A stretch of 64,000 nucleotides of DNA, taken from assembly GCA_043228905.1 (NCBI GenBank), contig JBHGNT010000018.1:5270001-5334000 (forward strand), in the 5' to 3' direction. Under the pieces are notes generated by a model. It saw only the letters and a list, made by a program, of their open reading frames with translations. It ran no database searches and had not been told where the DNA came from. Positions 1 through 12,855 of the stretch are shown here, piece by piece (position 1 is the stretch's first letter; each line of letters opens with the position of its first letter). The DNA is from Azolla caroliniana (Eukaryota > Plantae > Polypodiophyta). The position numbers were made by a program, and so were the translations under genes.

Positions 1-892
1 TTGGACCAAGAGCTCCCCATTGATGACATACCTTGATAACTAATAACCCCCTGCTATCTAGTTTCATTAGAACCGCACACATGGAGCTTTGGCACATTAT
101 TAGTCATCCAATTAAGTGCCTACATTCATATTGGAACCATTTCTATTGAATGTTCACTATGTTAAGCCTTTGTACATATGAAAAGCACAAGGAAATTTTG
201 TTTGGTATGGTAGGAGGGACTCCACATAGAGAAGAATACACCCACAAAGTTGGAAGATTTTGTAACCTTTGTACTTTTGTGAGTTTCTCAAACTTCTTCT
301 ATAATTCCCTAACATCCCTTTTCCTCTCAAACTTCTATTAGGCTGATTCTAAGATGTCTCCTCGCCCTCAACTTTTTAAAAACATAATTATAGGTGACGA
401 CATCCTATATATACTTAAAAATTTTAACTTTGTTATAGATAACCACCCATATGAATTGAGTTCAAGAGGCCGAGTTGAATTGGAAGTGGATACAAGCACA
501 AGGGCAAATGACTAGGAGGACATCAAATTTAGTCACAACAAGATATTAAGGAACTATCCGATTTTCGTCCTCCTTGTATAACCACAATGAATTGGATGAC
601 TAGTAACTAAAAAAGAAGAAGAGACCGTGAGGAAGAACTAAAGATTCAATACATTTATAGCATTTCATCCTTGGATTTTGCACAGGAAAATGAACTTGAC
701 AAGATGAAGTATTAGTAAACAATATTGTGGGAGGCAACCATGCTAATTCATAGCATGGGTGACCCATTGGTATTAGTTTGGTGTATATATAATTGCCATT
801 GAACTCTTCAAGCACTAAATAAAATTGGGCAAGAGCTCCTCATTGAAGCCATCATAAATAAACTATAGGAACAGGGCAACTCTCCATGTAAC

Positions 893-1391
893 TAGCAATG
901 GGCGCAGTTCGGTTTCTTGGCCTTGAAACCAAACCAAACCAAACCATTTATTTATATTAAAAACGAAACCAAACTGTTTAAATTTTATGAAGCCATTTAA
1001 ACCAAACCATTTATGAACAATTTAGAACCAAGCCAAATCAATTTATCATAAATCAAAACCAAACCAAACCAATAAACCTATAAACCTATAAACCTTTAAA
1101 CCTTTAAAACTTTTAAACCTTAAAACCAAACTACATAAGCCGAAACTGCTAAACTGCTAAAACTTGAAATTCAAAACCAAACCAAACCGAAACCGATAAA
1201 CCAATAAACCAATAAACCAATAAGCCGCTAAACCGTTAAACCATGAAATTCAAAACCGAACCGAACCGAAACCAAACTGGATCATAATATTTGAAACCAA
1301 ACCAACGGTTTATTTATCTTTGAACCAATAAACCGTTAAGCAATGGCTTAACGGTTCAGTTCAGTTTGAGCCGAAACCGTGCCCATTGCTA
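893..1391. mobile_element. Non-autonomous hAT-type MITE, 499 bp
   Basis: Terminal inverted repeats TAGCAATGGGC (893) and GCCCATTGCTA (ends 1391). 8-bp target-site duplication CATGTAAC (885-892) / CATGTGAC (1392-1399), one mismatch. The interior is packed with AAACC(G/A) motifs. An 8-bp TSD with short TIRs and subterminal motifs is typical of hAT. Confidence 0.85.
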
Positions 1392-1544
1392 CATGTGACC
1401 AAGTAAAAAACAATGGCTCCATTACTCCAAGAAAAGTAGAGTTGGTACTCCTTACTTTGGATAATAATAATAAAAAGTTCAGTTTTTTTATTGTTGCTAG
1501 ACATCAAAAAGAAGTTGCATGTCTAAACATGGACTCAAGGCATC

Positions 1545-1850
1545 TAGACTTTGCTCTCCCATCTTTTGAAACAGATATAAAACACCATCTCACTCATACC
1601 TTGAAAGACATACCATGCACTACAATAACTACTGCCAATGACATCACATCGTCGACCTTTAACCTGTTGAAAACTTGTTGAACATCTACAAGTGAATCTG
1701 CCAAAGTATTGCCTACAGTCCATTTTCATAGCCCTGTTTAGCAATTTCTGTGTACATATCCTTCAAGATGCAAATATAGGTAACACTATCTGCAGATATT
1801 CCCTTAGTTTGCATTGTTTCAAAAGCTTCCACTGTGCCATTGACTAGTTG
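1545..1850 (-). pseudogene. Decayed PLS-type PPR gene fragment, paralogous to 55270-55630; weaker PPR-like traces may extend to ~2510
   Basis: The reverse complement aligns with the intact PPR gene. 1551-1573 equals 55601-55623 (TGTTTCAAAAGATGGGAGAGCAA) and 1587-1607 equals 55569-55589 (CTTTCAAGGTATGAGTGAGAT). ATGCAAACTAAGGGA and CAGATAGTGTTACCT are also shared. It carries deletions and frameshifts. Further upstream on this strand are PPR-like words (ICGLKACG, VEILDFGL). Confidence 0.8.
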
Positions 1851-2979
1851 GGCAGGATTGAAACAAAACAATTAACAAAGCATATGGTAATTGCATTGGT
1901 TTGTTTTCTCAGTCAGTTACTACTAACTGGTTTGATCTATCACTTCGAGGTTGCAGATGAGCATAGCATTGCCATGTAACCAAGGTCCTAACCTAATCAT
2001 ACTATTGTCGAGATACTTCTTTTCTATGGCTCTATTAACCAAACGTTAACACTTCTACACCATCATAATCATATCATTATCAAGATACTTCTTTATTAAG
2101 GCTGACTAATTACGTAAAAGGCGTCATGAACCCTATGTCAATCAAGAGTGTTCTGTTTATGAGAACATGCCAAAGTACTAAATGAAGGAGTGCATGATTA
2201 ATTAGAATATCTATATTAACAATCTTCAATTTAAGAGCCATTACTAAGTGCCATTAGGAGCTAACTAAGGTGAATCCTCTAGAGCATTCATCAATGGCCA
2301 AACCTTGTTAGTTATGACTTTTATTCATGTCTTAGTGATCAATACTCAAGAACACATCACAAGCAGATAACCATGGCTTTCATCACCACATGCCTTCAAG
2401 CCACAAATATCCATCTCATCGAGGTTACAAAGTCCATTGATGATCAGTTCAACTTCAAGTATTATATCTCAATTCAATCCAAAGTCTAGAATCTCAACAT
2501 ATGATGTTAATATAAAGGAGCATAATCTAATGAAATCAAGCTCATTATTTTGTCCAAACTCAACATATCTGTTGTACCCCGGGAATCCAAGGTAATAAAC
2601 ACCGTGTTACAGCCAAACACAGGTTTGTAAATGGTGGTATCATTTGAGACTATAATTTCAACATTAGATGCGAATATTGAGGCAGATAATCTAGAGAAAT
2701 CAAGCGGATCATTTTGTTCATAACCCAACATGACATCCTTTCTTTCTCAACAATCCAAGGAAACAAGCTTTATACATTATTTTTGGCCCGGATGTGGGTT
2801 TGTAAATTCTGGTATTGATGTGAGGCTAAAATCTCAGAATTCCAGTATATTCTTCTTTCATAATGCTATCAAATATATCTCAGTTGCCTTCCAGTTCCAA
2901 TAACAATAGATCTGAGATGGATTTCCAATATGATTGATGGTGTTCTGAAGTTATCATTATCAATACCAAGTCCTCCACG

Positions 2980-5900
2980 TCAAGTTTTGACTTGCGGTAT
3001 CGCATTTTCTTCATCGTCTTCTTCCACTTTAAAAAATGTGTATGACAATATCAAGTTATTTACATCATTCATTTTCGGATCTGTGGCAAACTCTGGATCA
3101 ATGTAGAAAAAGACCTGTGTGTGCATGCATGTGATAATTCATTATAACCCTTCTTAATGAACAACATGAAAACCTTCTTAAATGAACCACCAACGATCAT
3201 CAGGTTTACCACATACAGGCATATCAATTTTTTCCCCAGGGAGAAGTCGTTGTTCTTCGAAACAAAAGCATTGGACCTTGTTAAAATAAAGACCAGCCTG
3301 ATCAAGAAAAGGAAAACAAGCTTAGACCAAAAACATGTACTTTCATTTTCTTTGACAATAGCCGTACCCTATACAGAGAAAGGAGACTTTTTGTTCAGGA
3401 AAATAAATTTTAATTTATTCACCCAATAATGTTTTATTTTTAAAGCACAGAACCAACACTAAAAATAGAATTATTAAACTTTCCAAAAGTTGAGAAATTT
3501 AACTTTATTATAATCATCTGTCTATCTAAAATGACATTCTCTTTGCCTAGGTATTTAGGTTTAATAGTAAAAACCTAGTTATTATTGATCATTCACAATA
3601 ACGCAGTTGCGAAAGAAATTTGAGAGAAAAACAAGACACTATACGTGCAAGAGCACATTGTAATTGCATTGCCTTTACATGCTATCTTTAGTTGTCCCTG
3701 CACATTATTACTTATAGATATATTATGTTACCATATAAGAATTCTAAAGGTTCACGTATGTAAACATGATGATGTAGAGGTGTGCTTTGTAATCATAAGG
3801 TTGTGAAATCAAGACATGAGCAATGTGTTTGATGTTGTGTTTATTATAATGACAAGAAAAAAGAATTGTAGAACATAATTCAAATTTTAGACAAAATCGA
3901 GATGTAGTGACATAGAGTGGACACCGGAAACAAGTCACAAATTCTAGATCTGTATGGAAGGTAAAGGTAGCTACAAGGAACACACGTAAGAAAAGGATCT
4001 ATGGACACACTGATAGAGCTATCTCAAATGCCCCCTCTTGATAGTTTAGCGTCCTATTGATGATACCATTGTCTTTGAGGAGAAGCCATGATGGATATCA
4101 CTAGATTAAGAATACCCTGTTTAGACATTGGAAGGGATCTAGCTGTTTGTACACCATGATGTTTGTAGGGTGAATTGGTGGATCCAAAGCCTGTATCATA
4201 CTTGAAATGGGAAATTCAGCTCCAGATCCCAGGTTGTTTTAGTGCTACCACTTACCATTGGTTGGATTAGATTTCTCGCCTATTTAAATAAATGGCGTCC
4301 CCACTCCCCGACATCGAAGCTCATTCGTGTGCACAGCTGATTGAAGCCATCTACTGTTTTTTGTATTTCTTGGCAAGATTGGCAACAAACTTTAAGTCCT
4401 TTTGGTCTGTTTCCCTGTGTCTCTGTTATCTCCCACTGTTTGTATTACTTCTACACCCCTACTAGGTTTGCTAATGAACCTAGCTTCAATACCAGGGAGA
4501 ATATAATAACATTGTATAACATATGATTCTGGTTTGTTGAGGTAAAACAACACAGAAAAGTTACCAAGCGTCTATTACAGGGCATGTAAGTCAGTTCAAA
4601 TCCACAATTCTACTTTTTTATATGGCAGAACTCATCACAAAACAGCAGCATCCTAACCAATTTACCTTCATTGGTGTAACATTGTATGTCGAAACACCTG
4701 TAATTGGCTTCGAGCTTAGATTCTCCGCAGTGAAAAATGCCAATGTGCTTTGCCCTGGCTTTACCTTAACCTGAAAATATATACCATAAAGAGAATAACA
4801 CGTTGGTAAAAGAAAAAAGAGGATCTTCCCCATTAAGAGAAAAAATAGATGAAAATATTTTCTGAATTGAGAAAAGTTAAATATTACCGCCCGCTGAGTC
4901 GGTGTAAATTTCCATGGCAATCCATCTGCAATATCAGCATTGAATTGCACCACCAGCTGTCTAATTATGAAAAAAAACAAGACCTTCTGAGAAACAGGTA
5001 TAAGTTAACAATAAAAAGTGTTCAGAAAAAAATCTTAGTTACTTTTAGTTTTCAATATATATGGTTATAGTTATGGTTAAATGCTTTTGATGTTGCCTTC
5101 TAGTTCTCCCATATGTTTTCAGATTTGAACCTTGTTGGCATGGCATTGATAGTTTCTGAGTGTCGAGCAATCTTCTCCTCTACAGTCTGTTAAGATAGAG
5201 AGTATTCAACATAGGCCTAATCAGAAGACTCACAACACACAGAATGGCATAAAAGAGGGCTAGTCAATAGTAACATAAATACAGTGTATATACACACATA
5301 TCTCAATATCCATATACATGTCCACATCCACACCTCCATATCCATATACACATATACAGCGATATCCATATCTATACCCACACATATATCTCCATTTCCA
5401 CATCCATATCCATATACACATACACAGACACATCCATATTCACATTCATATCTCGAATCCATATCCACATACATATCCATATTCACATCCATATATCGAA
5501 TCCATATTCAGTTACATACGTGTATATCCACATACACATACATATGTCCATATCCACATATATATACATTGATCAAAAGATGCTTCACCTCACTTCTTTG
5601 GACAGTTCCTCCATAGCCAGTAGCCTGACAAAACTTCCTGTACAGAGGAACCGCTGCATACGTGCATCCAACCATGGCAATGACTAAGGCAAAAAGGTAC
5701 ATCATTGTTGCTTGAGCTCTCTTCTGCGGCGTTTTCTTCGCTGCAGCCGCGTTGGATTCTCGCATTCTAAGATACGTTCTGATAGAACAAGGAAACAAGG
5801 GGCGAACAAATATCGGCTCTTTTCTCATCCCTTCCAGGAAATGGCTATAGGGGTTCTGAGATAAGATTTCTTGTTGCTTCGACCAAGTTCTGGGATTAGG

Positions 5901-5990
5901 GTAATGACCGGATCGCTGAGTCCTGGATGCAAATTGAGCTCCGATTCTGCGGGAAACAGAGCGCCCAACGAGCTGGGACGCCATAGCCAT
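2980..5990 (-). CDS. COX11: Cytochrome c oxidase assembly copper chaperone COX11, mitochondrial (~283 aa, 6 exons)
   Basis: Exons 5990-5589, 5186-5131, 4960-4888, 4770-4666, 3297-3217, 3114-2980; all introns GT-AG; 852 nt in frame. Arg/Ser-rich presequence, a TM helix, [35 protein letters not shown], the Cu-binding motif [14 protein letters not shown], and [10 protein letters not shown]...LSYTFFK. Confidence 0.96.
5290..5570. repeat. Degenerate CATATC/CATACA low-complexity array in COX11 intron 1
   Basis: Long imperfect run of ATCCAT/ATACAC hexamers. It produces the spurious His-Ile and Met-Asp ORFs in the track. Confidence 0.85.
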
Positions 5991-6114
5991 GGCGATGGTG
6001 ATGATGGTTTTAGTGTTTGGGGATGAGAGCAAATAATGGCAGAAGGCTCATGTTGATCGAGAGCAGAGAGACAGAGAGAGAGACAGAAACAGAAACAGGG
6101 GAGGGGGGTTTGAC

Positions 6115-6200
6115 ATATATATATATATGATATACATACATACATACATATATGTATACAGTATATGTATATGTATATCATACATACATACATACATACA

Positions 6201-6233
<33 letters not shown>

Positions 6234-6265
6234 GTATACAGTATATGTATATGTATATCATATAT
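6115..6265. repeat. (TA)n/(TACA)n microsatellite upstream of COX11
   Basis: Visible TACA and TA tandem runs. Confidence 0.9.
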
Positions 6266-6606
6266 GATTAAAATTTAATAGTATATATTGATTGGTTGAT
6301 TTATTTATTTATTTATATATGTTATATACATGTCTATTTTGAAGGTTGGGTTAACAAGAAGCATTGGGTGGTGTTGATTCACATGTCAACATCTCATTGG
6401 TCTCAAGAGAAGAACCGGTGATGTAGCTAGCTATGTACAGACATCTCGTTTAGACGGAGTTGGTTGGACACCCACGAAGCCGATGCACCCAACCACGAGT
6501 CTGATTGAACAACTTGAGAAATGAAAAGGGTGTAAGAGTGACTTATTGATCAATTATGGGAAATGCACAGGCCACAAGATTTTAACCTAGCTCGAATGTT
6601 CTTCGC

Positions 6607-6640
<34 letters not shown>

Positions 6641-6656
6641 GGGGGAGGGGGGGGAG

Positions 6657-6960
6657 TGTAACACATCCAATGTGTTGAGAGGTTCCGTTATTGGAACCAC
6701 AACAAACCACCTAAGTGACGAATCGAGGTGAGGGCCTTTCTCAACGGGTCGAGAAGGCACCCATTGTAACACATCCGCTATATTGAGGGGTTCCGTGATT
6801 GGAACTACCACAAACCACCTCAACAGATTGAGGCAAGGGCCTTTCTCAACGGGTAGAGAACGCGCCCATTGTAACACATTCATTGTGTTCAAGGGTTCGG
6901 TGATCGGAACCACAAGACACAACCTTGAGGGGTTGAGGTGAGGGCCTTCTCGACGCGCAA
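6657..6960. repeat. Tandem repeat, ~105-108 bp unit, 3 copies, next to a (TG)n microsatellite at 6609-6637
   Basis: TGTAACACAT...GGTTCCGT(G/T)ATTGGAAC(C/T)AC...GGGCCTT(T)CTC recurs near 6657, 6765 and 6870. Confidence 0.85.
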
Positions 6961-6991
6961 AGAATGCCCCATGAGTCATGGGCTTCTAAGT

Positions 6992-7358
6992 TATTGGGAG
7001 TGAGGCCGTGAATGTGGAAACAAGAGCAACACTAGTATATGAAGAGCCAAGTTGATGACAGAAGTAAACAAGATGAACAAATGATTACCAAATCAAAGAC
7101 AACTTGACAAGGATCAAGATCAAGAACAGAACGTGAGAGAGACAGAGATGCACACAATAGAGTAGCTGTAAATTATTCAAATCAAAGTTATAAAAGAATG
7201 GCAACAACGAACCTCTATAAACTAGGTTACAAAGCTCAAACTTTATAAAGTAACTGAGCTAGGGCAACTGCCCTTTAGCCTAAATACAGAAATGTCCTAG
7301 ACCTAGTCTATCCAAGTGGGATGGTGTGAATACGACCATTATGCACAAGTATTCAACA
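6992..7358 (-). mobile_element. Solo LTR, 367 bp
   Basis: Ends TATTG (probably mutated TGTTG) and CAACA. Perfect 5-bp TSD TAAGT at 6987-6991 and 7359-7363. TATA-like TTTATAGAGG on the minus strand near 7212-7221. Confidence 0.65.
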
Positions 7359-8644
7359 TAAGTCTTCTCGACGGATGTAGAAGACACCCATGACTAACAA
7401 CGAGGGATATTGGAAGTTGGCCAAAGGGTGGTTGGGCAGTATGTTCAACGGGTCCAAATTCTTCACTTAGTAATCCTGCACACAATCGAGCATTATGGTC
7501 ACATGAGTCTAAGCCCGATCAGAGATCCACCCTAATCATCAAAAAAATTTGGTGGTGTAACATGGGGGAAGGGGAATTAGCCAAAGGAATATGTTTTGCG
7601 ACACCTCAGAGTTAGAATCCTCTACCCCCCACAAAATCACTTTGCGAGTGGAGTTTGAGCATATGCGTTTCAAAGACAATTCAATGCTTAAATTGATCAT
7701 TATCAAAGTACCACAACATTTTCACAAAGCTAATTAATTGGTAAATACCAATTAGTTAGTGCAATATAAAGCAATTTCAAATACCAAATTTTTTGCCCTC
7801 TTTATCTTTTTGAAAATGTTATGTTAGAGTACTACGCTAGGATAGAAATTGTGGTACCCTTATGAATATAACACTCATTGCATGTCGTGGGGAAATTGAC
7901 GCACTTTGTTAGACAATTTCTTAATCTCGTTGATGGTATGTCAATTGTGTCTATTGATCTTGTAGGTGTTGCCAAATCAATGTATTTGAGAGAACCTAGG
8001 CCCAATCCACGCCATAGGATAGAAACCATCTCATATATCGCAATTAGTCTCCCATGAACGTTAAAAGAATATCTAACTATCACACATAATCATTAATGTC
8101 TCTCTCAATTTCACTTGATCACTCATGTCTCTCTCAATTCCACCTTGTGCCACACTAAAGAAATGATAAATAGAGATTGGAGAAAGTATCAAAACATTAA
8201 TGACTTTCCCTTTTTTTTCTTTTAACAAATGCCCATTGGTGTCTATGTCATTTTCACCTTTTCATGCACTCGAGCAACGAGAAATAGTGAATGAAGAAAG
8301 GAACAAAATATTGGTGACTTTCACTCTCTTCCTCTAACAAACATGTGGTTTGGAGTGCCATTCATTGTTATCATGGCAATGAGAGCAAATCAAATGCATA
8401 ACCTAACTACTCAAATATGGATATTACTATGAATATAATGTGATCATAGTTCTCTAACCTTAGGGAATGAAGAGTAAAGATCGAGCTATTCTCAATCCTA
8501 TAATGGGAGATAACTTTAGAGAGTTTATCACTTCACCACTTATAGTGAAGGAGTGAAGTGCGAAACAAACATTGTTTTGAGCCTATATAATAAGGGTAGC
8601 TACCTTCATGAAGGGATCGTCTTTATTATTTTTGTGGTGCTCCT

Positions 8645-9095
8645 GTCCTGTCCCAACTGGGGCACAGTCCCAATCTGAACTAAGACTCAAAAAGGGACCT
8701 AGTCCCAATCCCAAACTTTGTCCAAAAGGGGCGCCATCCTGGGTTGGGATAGCCCGTCCCAACGAGTAGTCCCAATGGTCTACCCAACGACTAGTTCCAA
8801 CGATTACCCCAACAACCATATCTTGGCTTATACAAGGAGGAGCTTCTCCTCATTTTGATCATTCTCGACCTATGAGTTCCACTCTCTCCTCTTGTAACCT
8901 CTGAAACACTCTACTCCCTCAACATCTTTTTTGGAGGTTGTCCCAACGAGTCTTGGCTGAGTCTCGACTCGTCCCAACCGCGTTCTTGGTTTTGTCCCAA
9001 CTTGGGACTGTTGTAAACTTGTATATCCTCATATAATATAAAGGTTCATCGTGGGTTCATCTTTTTGTCCCAATTCTCTTTGTCCCAACTGTGTT
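8645..9095. repeat. GTCCCAA-motif-rich repeat, probably a transposon terminal or subterminal region
   Basis: About ten GTCCCAA(C/T) motifs plus inverted TTGGGA(C/T) copies within 450 bp. I could not define termini or a TSD. Confidence 0.5.
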
Positions 9096-9169
9096 TTCGT
9101 GCGTTTTGAGACCCCCATAATCTAGGGGCATAAGCTCTAACTTCATACACATGTTCCTCCTTGTTCAAA

Positions 9170-9960
9170 CTTTTTCTTTTAGTAACACTTTTATTACTAG
9201 TGGGAAACCTCAAAGTGAGGTGAAAACCCACAAAGAATAAAGAGAAATATATAAGTGTCGATTAGACACTAAAGAGCTTAAAAGCACTCAAAGTAAAGGG
9301 TGTAAATTTGCAGTGTGATGTCTCTAAGTTGTAGACAATCAAATAGAGATTGCCTAAGTGAGTGCTTAAAGAACCTAACTTCATGCAGTTGGTTTTGATC
9401 AAAGACCTTATTATTGTGGGCCGTCCAAATGGTCGAGAGTGCCCAAAATCTTGTACATTGGAGAAAATAGGCATTGTTGGATAAGGCGCACGGAATTTGT
9501 CCAAATAGCCAAAAGTGTTTCCTAAACCTTTGACAGGAAATCTGTGAGAAAGAGATGCACTTAGTCTTTGTACAAATGTTGCAATGAGCGAGCAAGTCCA
9601 TAATAAGTGTGGGATTGTTTCCAATCGTCCACCACATCTTGCACAATGTGGCAAGGGCATCGATTGCTTTTGAAGATTCGACTAAGTCAGGAGCACACCC
9701 AATAGGTAGCTCCATAGGAATACCCATTGCTTAAGTGGAAGACCACAACTCCATAAGCTTGTAAGCCTATTTTTCCACTAGGATTGTGTTTTGTGTAGGT
9801 GCCATAATGCATTGCATGTTCGTGAAACCACAGGGCAAGTTGCACTAACATATACATTGAATGTATTGTAACCTTATTCATTGGAATAACAATGTTGCCA
9901 TTTTGTAAAATTCAGTCTTGAATCCTACGATCTCCATCTAGAGCAGATCCAAACTCAATT
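9170..9960 (-). mobile_element. LINE (L1-like) ORF2 3' fragment with zf-RVT zinc finger
   Basis: ORF 9262-9660 encodes CARCGGRLETIPHLLWTC (Cx2C..E...HL...C). The overlapping frame has WLFG and WALSTIWTAHNNKVF (W..W..RN..F type). Frameshifted; A-rich tail near 9170. Confidence 0.75.
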
Positions 9961-11199
9961 TACAATCCATGTCCAAACTCGGATTCGTCTCTCACCTTTC
10001 TTAGGGGGGTGGTCAAGTAGTCTTAACACCCTTTCTTCCTTCTTTTCTTCTTTAATTTGCTTAGAATTAATTTAGATTCTTATCATTTGCAACAAAGCGA
10101 AATTAACGTTTTCTTGTGTTTGCTTGATTTTTTCTGTTTTTCCTAATCCTGAAGCAACTAAAAGAGTGCGTTTTCTCAATCCAAGAGTAAGTAACTTGAG
10201 AACTTCAATCTTCTCTATTTCTCTTCTTTTGCTTTTTTCAATCATGTTACAATTTTTTTCTTCTCCCCTATGTGCATATGGTGTTCCCCCTACATGTACA
10301 AATTGTATTTTGTGCGAATATTTGTATATACATGTGTTTGTTGATGTGGCGGTTTTGTGTGCGACGAGCACACATGGAGGTGCTCATGAGTAGCATTATC
10401 ACCAACGACGAGGAGCCCACATTGAGGGCTCCATCAAAAACACAGCAAGAATACGTTCCTTTAGGCATATGTTGATTTTTAGCTAGAGCTCTCTCCCACC
10501 TTTTCTCCTCATTTTGTACATGTTCTGTTGACTTCTTTAGTTAATCAAGGCATGATTAATACTACAATATGTAATCGTTTACTTTAATGTGTGGTTGTGT
10601 GTACTTAACAATTAATACTTCATAATGCATAGGTTAATTTCTTTGATTAGAGGTGTATAAGTGAGTGAGAGTGAGAGTTTTTGAGGTTAAGGTGTGTGAG
10701 GCTAGCGGCTCAAGTGCAATTGACTACCAATTTCAACAAGGAGAGAGAACTCCAATCAAAACGAAGATGTGCACGCAGTGGGATGCACCTAAAGACAACA
10801 CATTGTGTTAGCCCATGATAACACTTACAATCTTAGTGCTACTATCTAAGAGAGTGTGTATTCAAGTTAATGAAAGACTATGGATATTTTGATATATTTT
10901 TAGAACTTAATGAGCATTATGGTAATGAAATAATTATAGGGGTATTCTATCAACGGCCTTTACATTTTTGTTATTTCCCCAATTCCCTTGGTAAATAATC
11001 CCTCATCTAAGTAGTGATATGTGTGATTTATTTTTGTTCATCCGCCTTTTCTCAATTATGTGTGTTATTTGTTCATTCCCCTTTTCTTAATTATATGTGA
11101 AATTTGAATGAGTAAATGGCCAATGCATCCCTTGTTTTCTCTCTTTTAGAAAAACGTCATGGGTACTTCAAATACATAGTACTGATTGCATAAAAATGG

Positions 11200-12200
11200 A
11201 TATATACATTTATATGGAGGAAAGTAATTATGAACAAAAATTAAACAAATGGCTAGGATGCACAATGCCATGGCGGACATATTATCCAAACCTACTAGGT
11301 ATGAGGAGGAAGACTAAATGTTGTCAAAACATAAAGATGTCGGCCTCCATTTTTGTTAATTTACCCCTTGCAACTGTGGAAGCACGAACCATGCAAGCAC
11401 TTGATGTAATCAAGGAGGATGATTATGAAGGGTTATGATAGGGAATGGTTGCACATAGAGAAATTCCTAAGCTTAATGGTTGAAGGTACCTTATGGTCTA
11501 GAGAGAAGGCACAAAAGATCCTAAAGAATGCTTAGTTGTGCTTCTTGTGAGGAGAGTATCAATGGAGACATCCGAAGGAGAGGTTGGGAAACCATAGAGG
11601 GTGTGGTGAGTAGGAAAGAACATAGCAAACCATCCTATTAACTAAATTCGATGATAGCCCATTGGCAAGACGTAGAGGCACTTGGGCAACGTTCATGAAG
11701 TTGAAGGAAAAATATTGGTGGTTGGGAATATCCAAAGTGTGGAGTCATAGAAGACTTCTAATTTAAATAGTAAATAAGCATTTATTAGAAGATAGGGACT
11801 AAGTTTACATTATATGCTTTTGATCAATTGTCACCTTCAATCGCCATGTTGTTCTTAAATTGTTGTCTTCAACTCTCCCAAAGTGCTTGATGCTTAAGTA
11901 GAACAATAGGTTAGACCCACATAAAACTAGTTAATGACAACTATGAGAATTTATTGAAGGAAAAGTGTAGGATCCCATTTCCAACTCAAGCTTACACGAA
12001 TGTGACATTTTTTTAACAAGTAATGTTGATTCCATCATTGTTACTTGTTGATCCACCACAACTTAGTATCACAATTAAATAGAATCGTCGACATTGATCC
12101 CATAATCGCTATTATTCATTTGACAAAGTAGTGTTGCACTACCTTGTATTGGTAGCTATGGTAATATTAGGGGTATTTGACATCCCCTCAGACTTCATAT
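11200..12200 (+). mobile_element. Possible heavily decayed PIF/Harbinger transposase relic
   Basis: Only broken motifs are visible, e.g. ACA ATA GGT TAG ACC CAC ATA near 11903-11923, resembling GAIDGTHI. No ORF and no termini were seen. Confidence 0.25.
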
Positions 12201-12855
12201 TGTCAAAGTTTTTGCAACTGAGAAATGCTTTTTATGAAATATGTGTAAATTTATTATGATTGATTCAACCATGATCTGTTGACAATTCTTTCATGCAAAG
12301 AGAGCAAGATATACATACAGAAGTGACAAATCTGCCACACGAGACTCCATATATTACTTCGTATGAAATTAAAGGATTGAATTGGAATGGTTAAAGATTG
12401 TTTCCCAAAATAGTGCATCCACATTCCTATGTTTTAAGCAAGTCAAGACAGAAATTATGCACGGTGATCAACATGTACATTGAGAACTTGAGACAGGTAC
12501 GAAGTGGTTTTTTTGGGAGGTAGGAGTATATTATATATCCCATTTTAACAATGAATCTCTCATTGACTAGTAGTAGAGTATAAGACAGCCATTGAATAAA
12601 ACAAACATGGCAAAATGATTATGTATGGAATAAAGAATGGTACATTTGATGGACCCTTCTCATGAAAGGATATATGCATCATGAAGTATGTATGTGTGGT
12701 TTGCTGGTATGGCACAACATTATAAAGAAAAAGGGCATCAGATACAATATGAGAGATCTTCTCATACATCTTTGAGATCATTATAAAGAAAAAAAGGAGG
12801 TATATCACCCAAAATGCCCTTCCTTCAATGTGAAACAGTGTTATAATAGACACGT

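Noticed and set aside
1-880. Possible decayed DNA-transposon coding relic, with CAAGAGCTCC.CATTGA repeated at ~8 and ~830
   Set aside because: The motifs are too eroded to classify or bound by eye.
2507-2731. 74-aa ORF downstream of COX11
   Set aside because: No recognisable domain or splice linkage; probably 3'UTR or flank.
5217-5616. His/Ile-rich and Met/Asp-rich ORFs that look like metal-binding peptides
   Set aside because: They are translations of a low-complexity hexamer array inside COX11 intron 1, bounded by good GT-AG sites.
6587-6979. 130-aa ORF with VVPITEPLN repeats
   Set aside because: Product of the ~105-bp tandem repeat plus a (TG)n tract; no domain or splice support.
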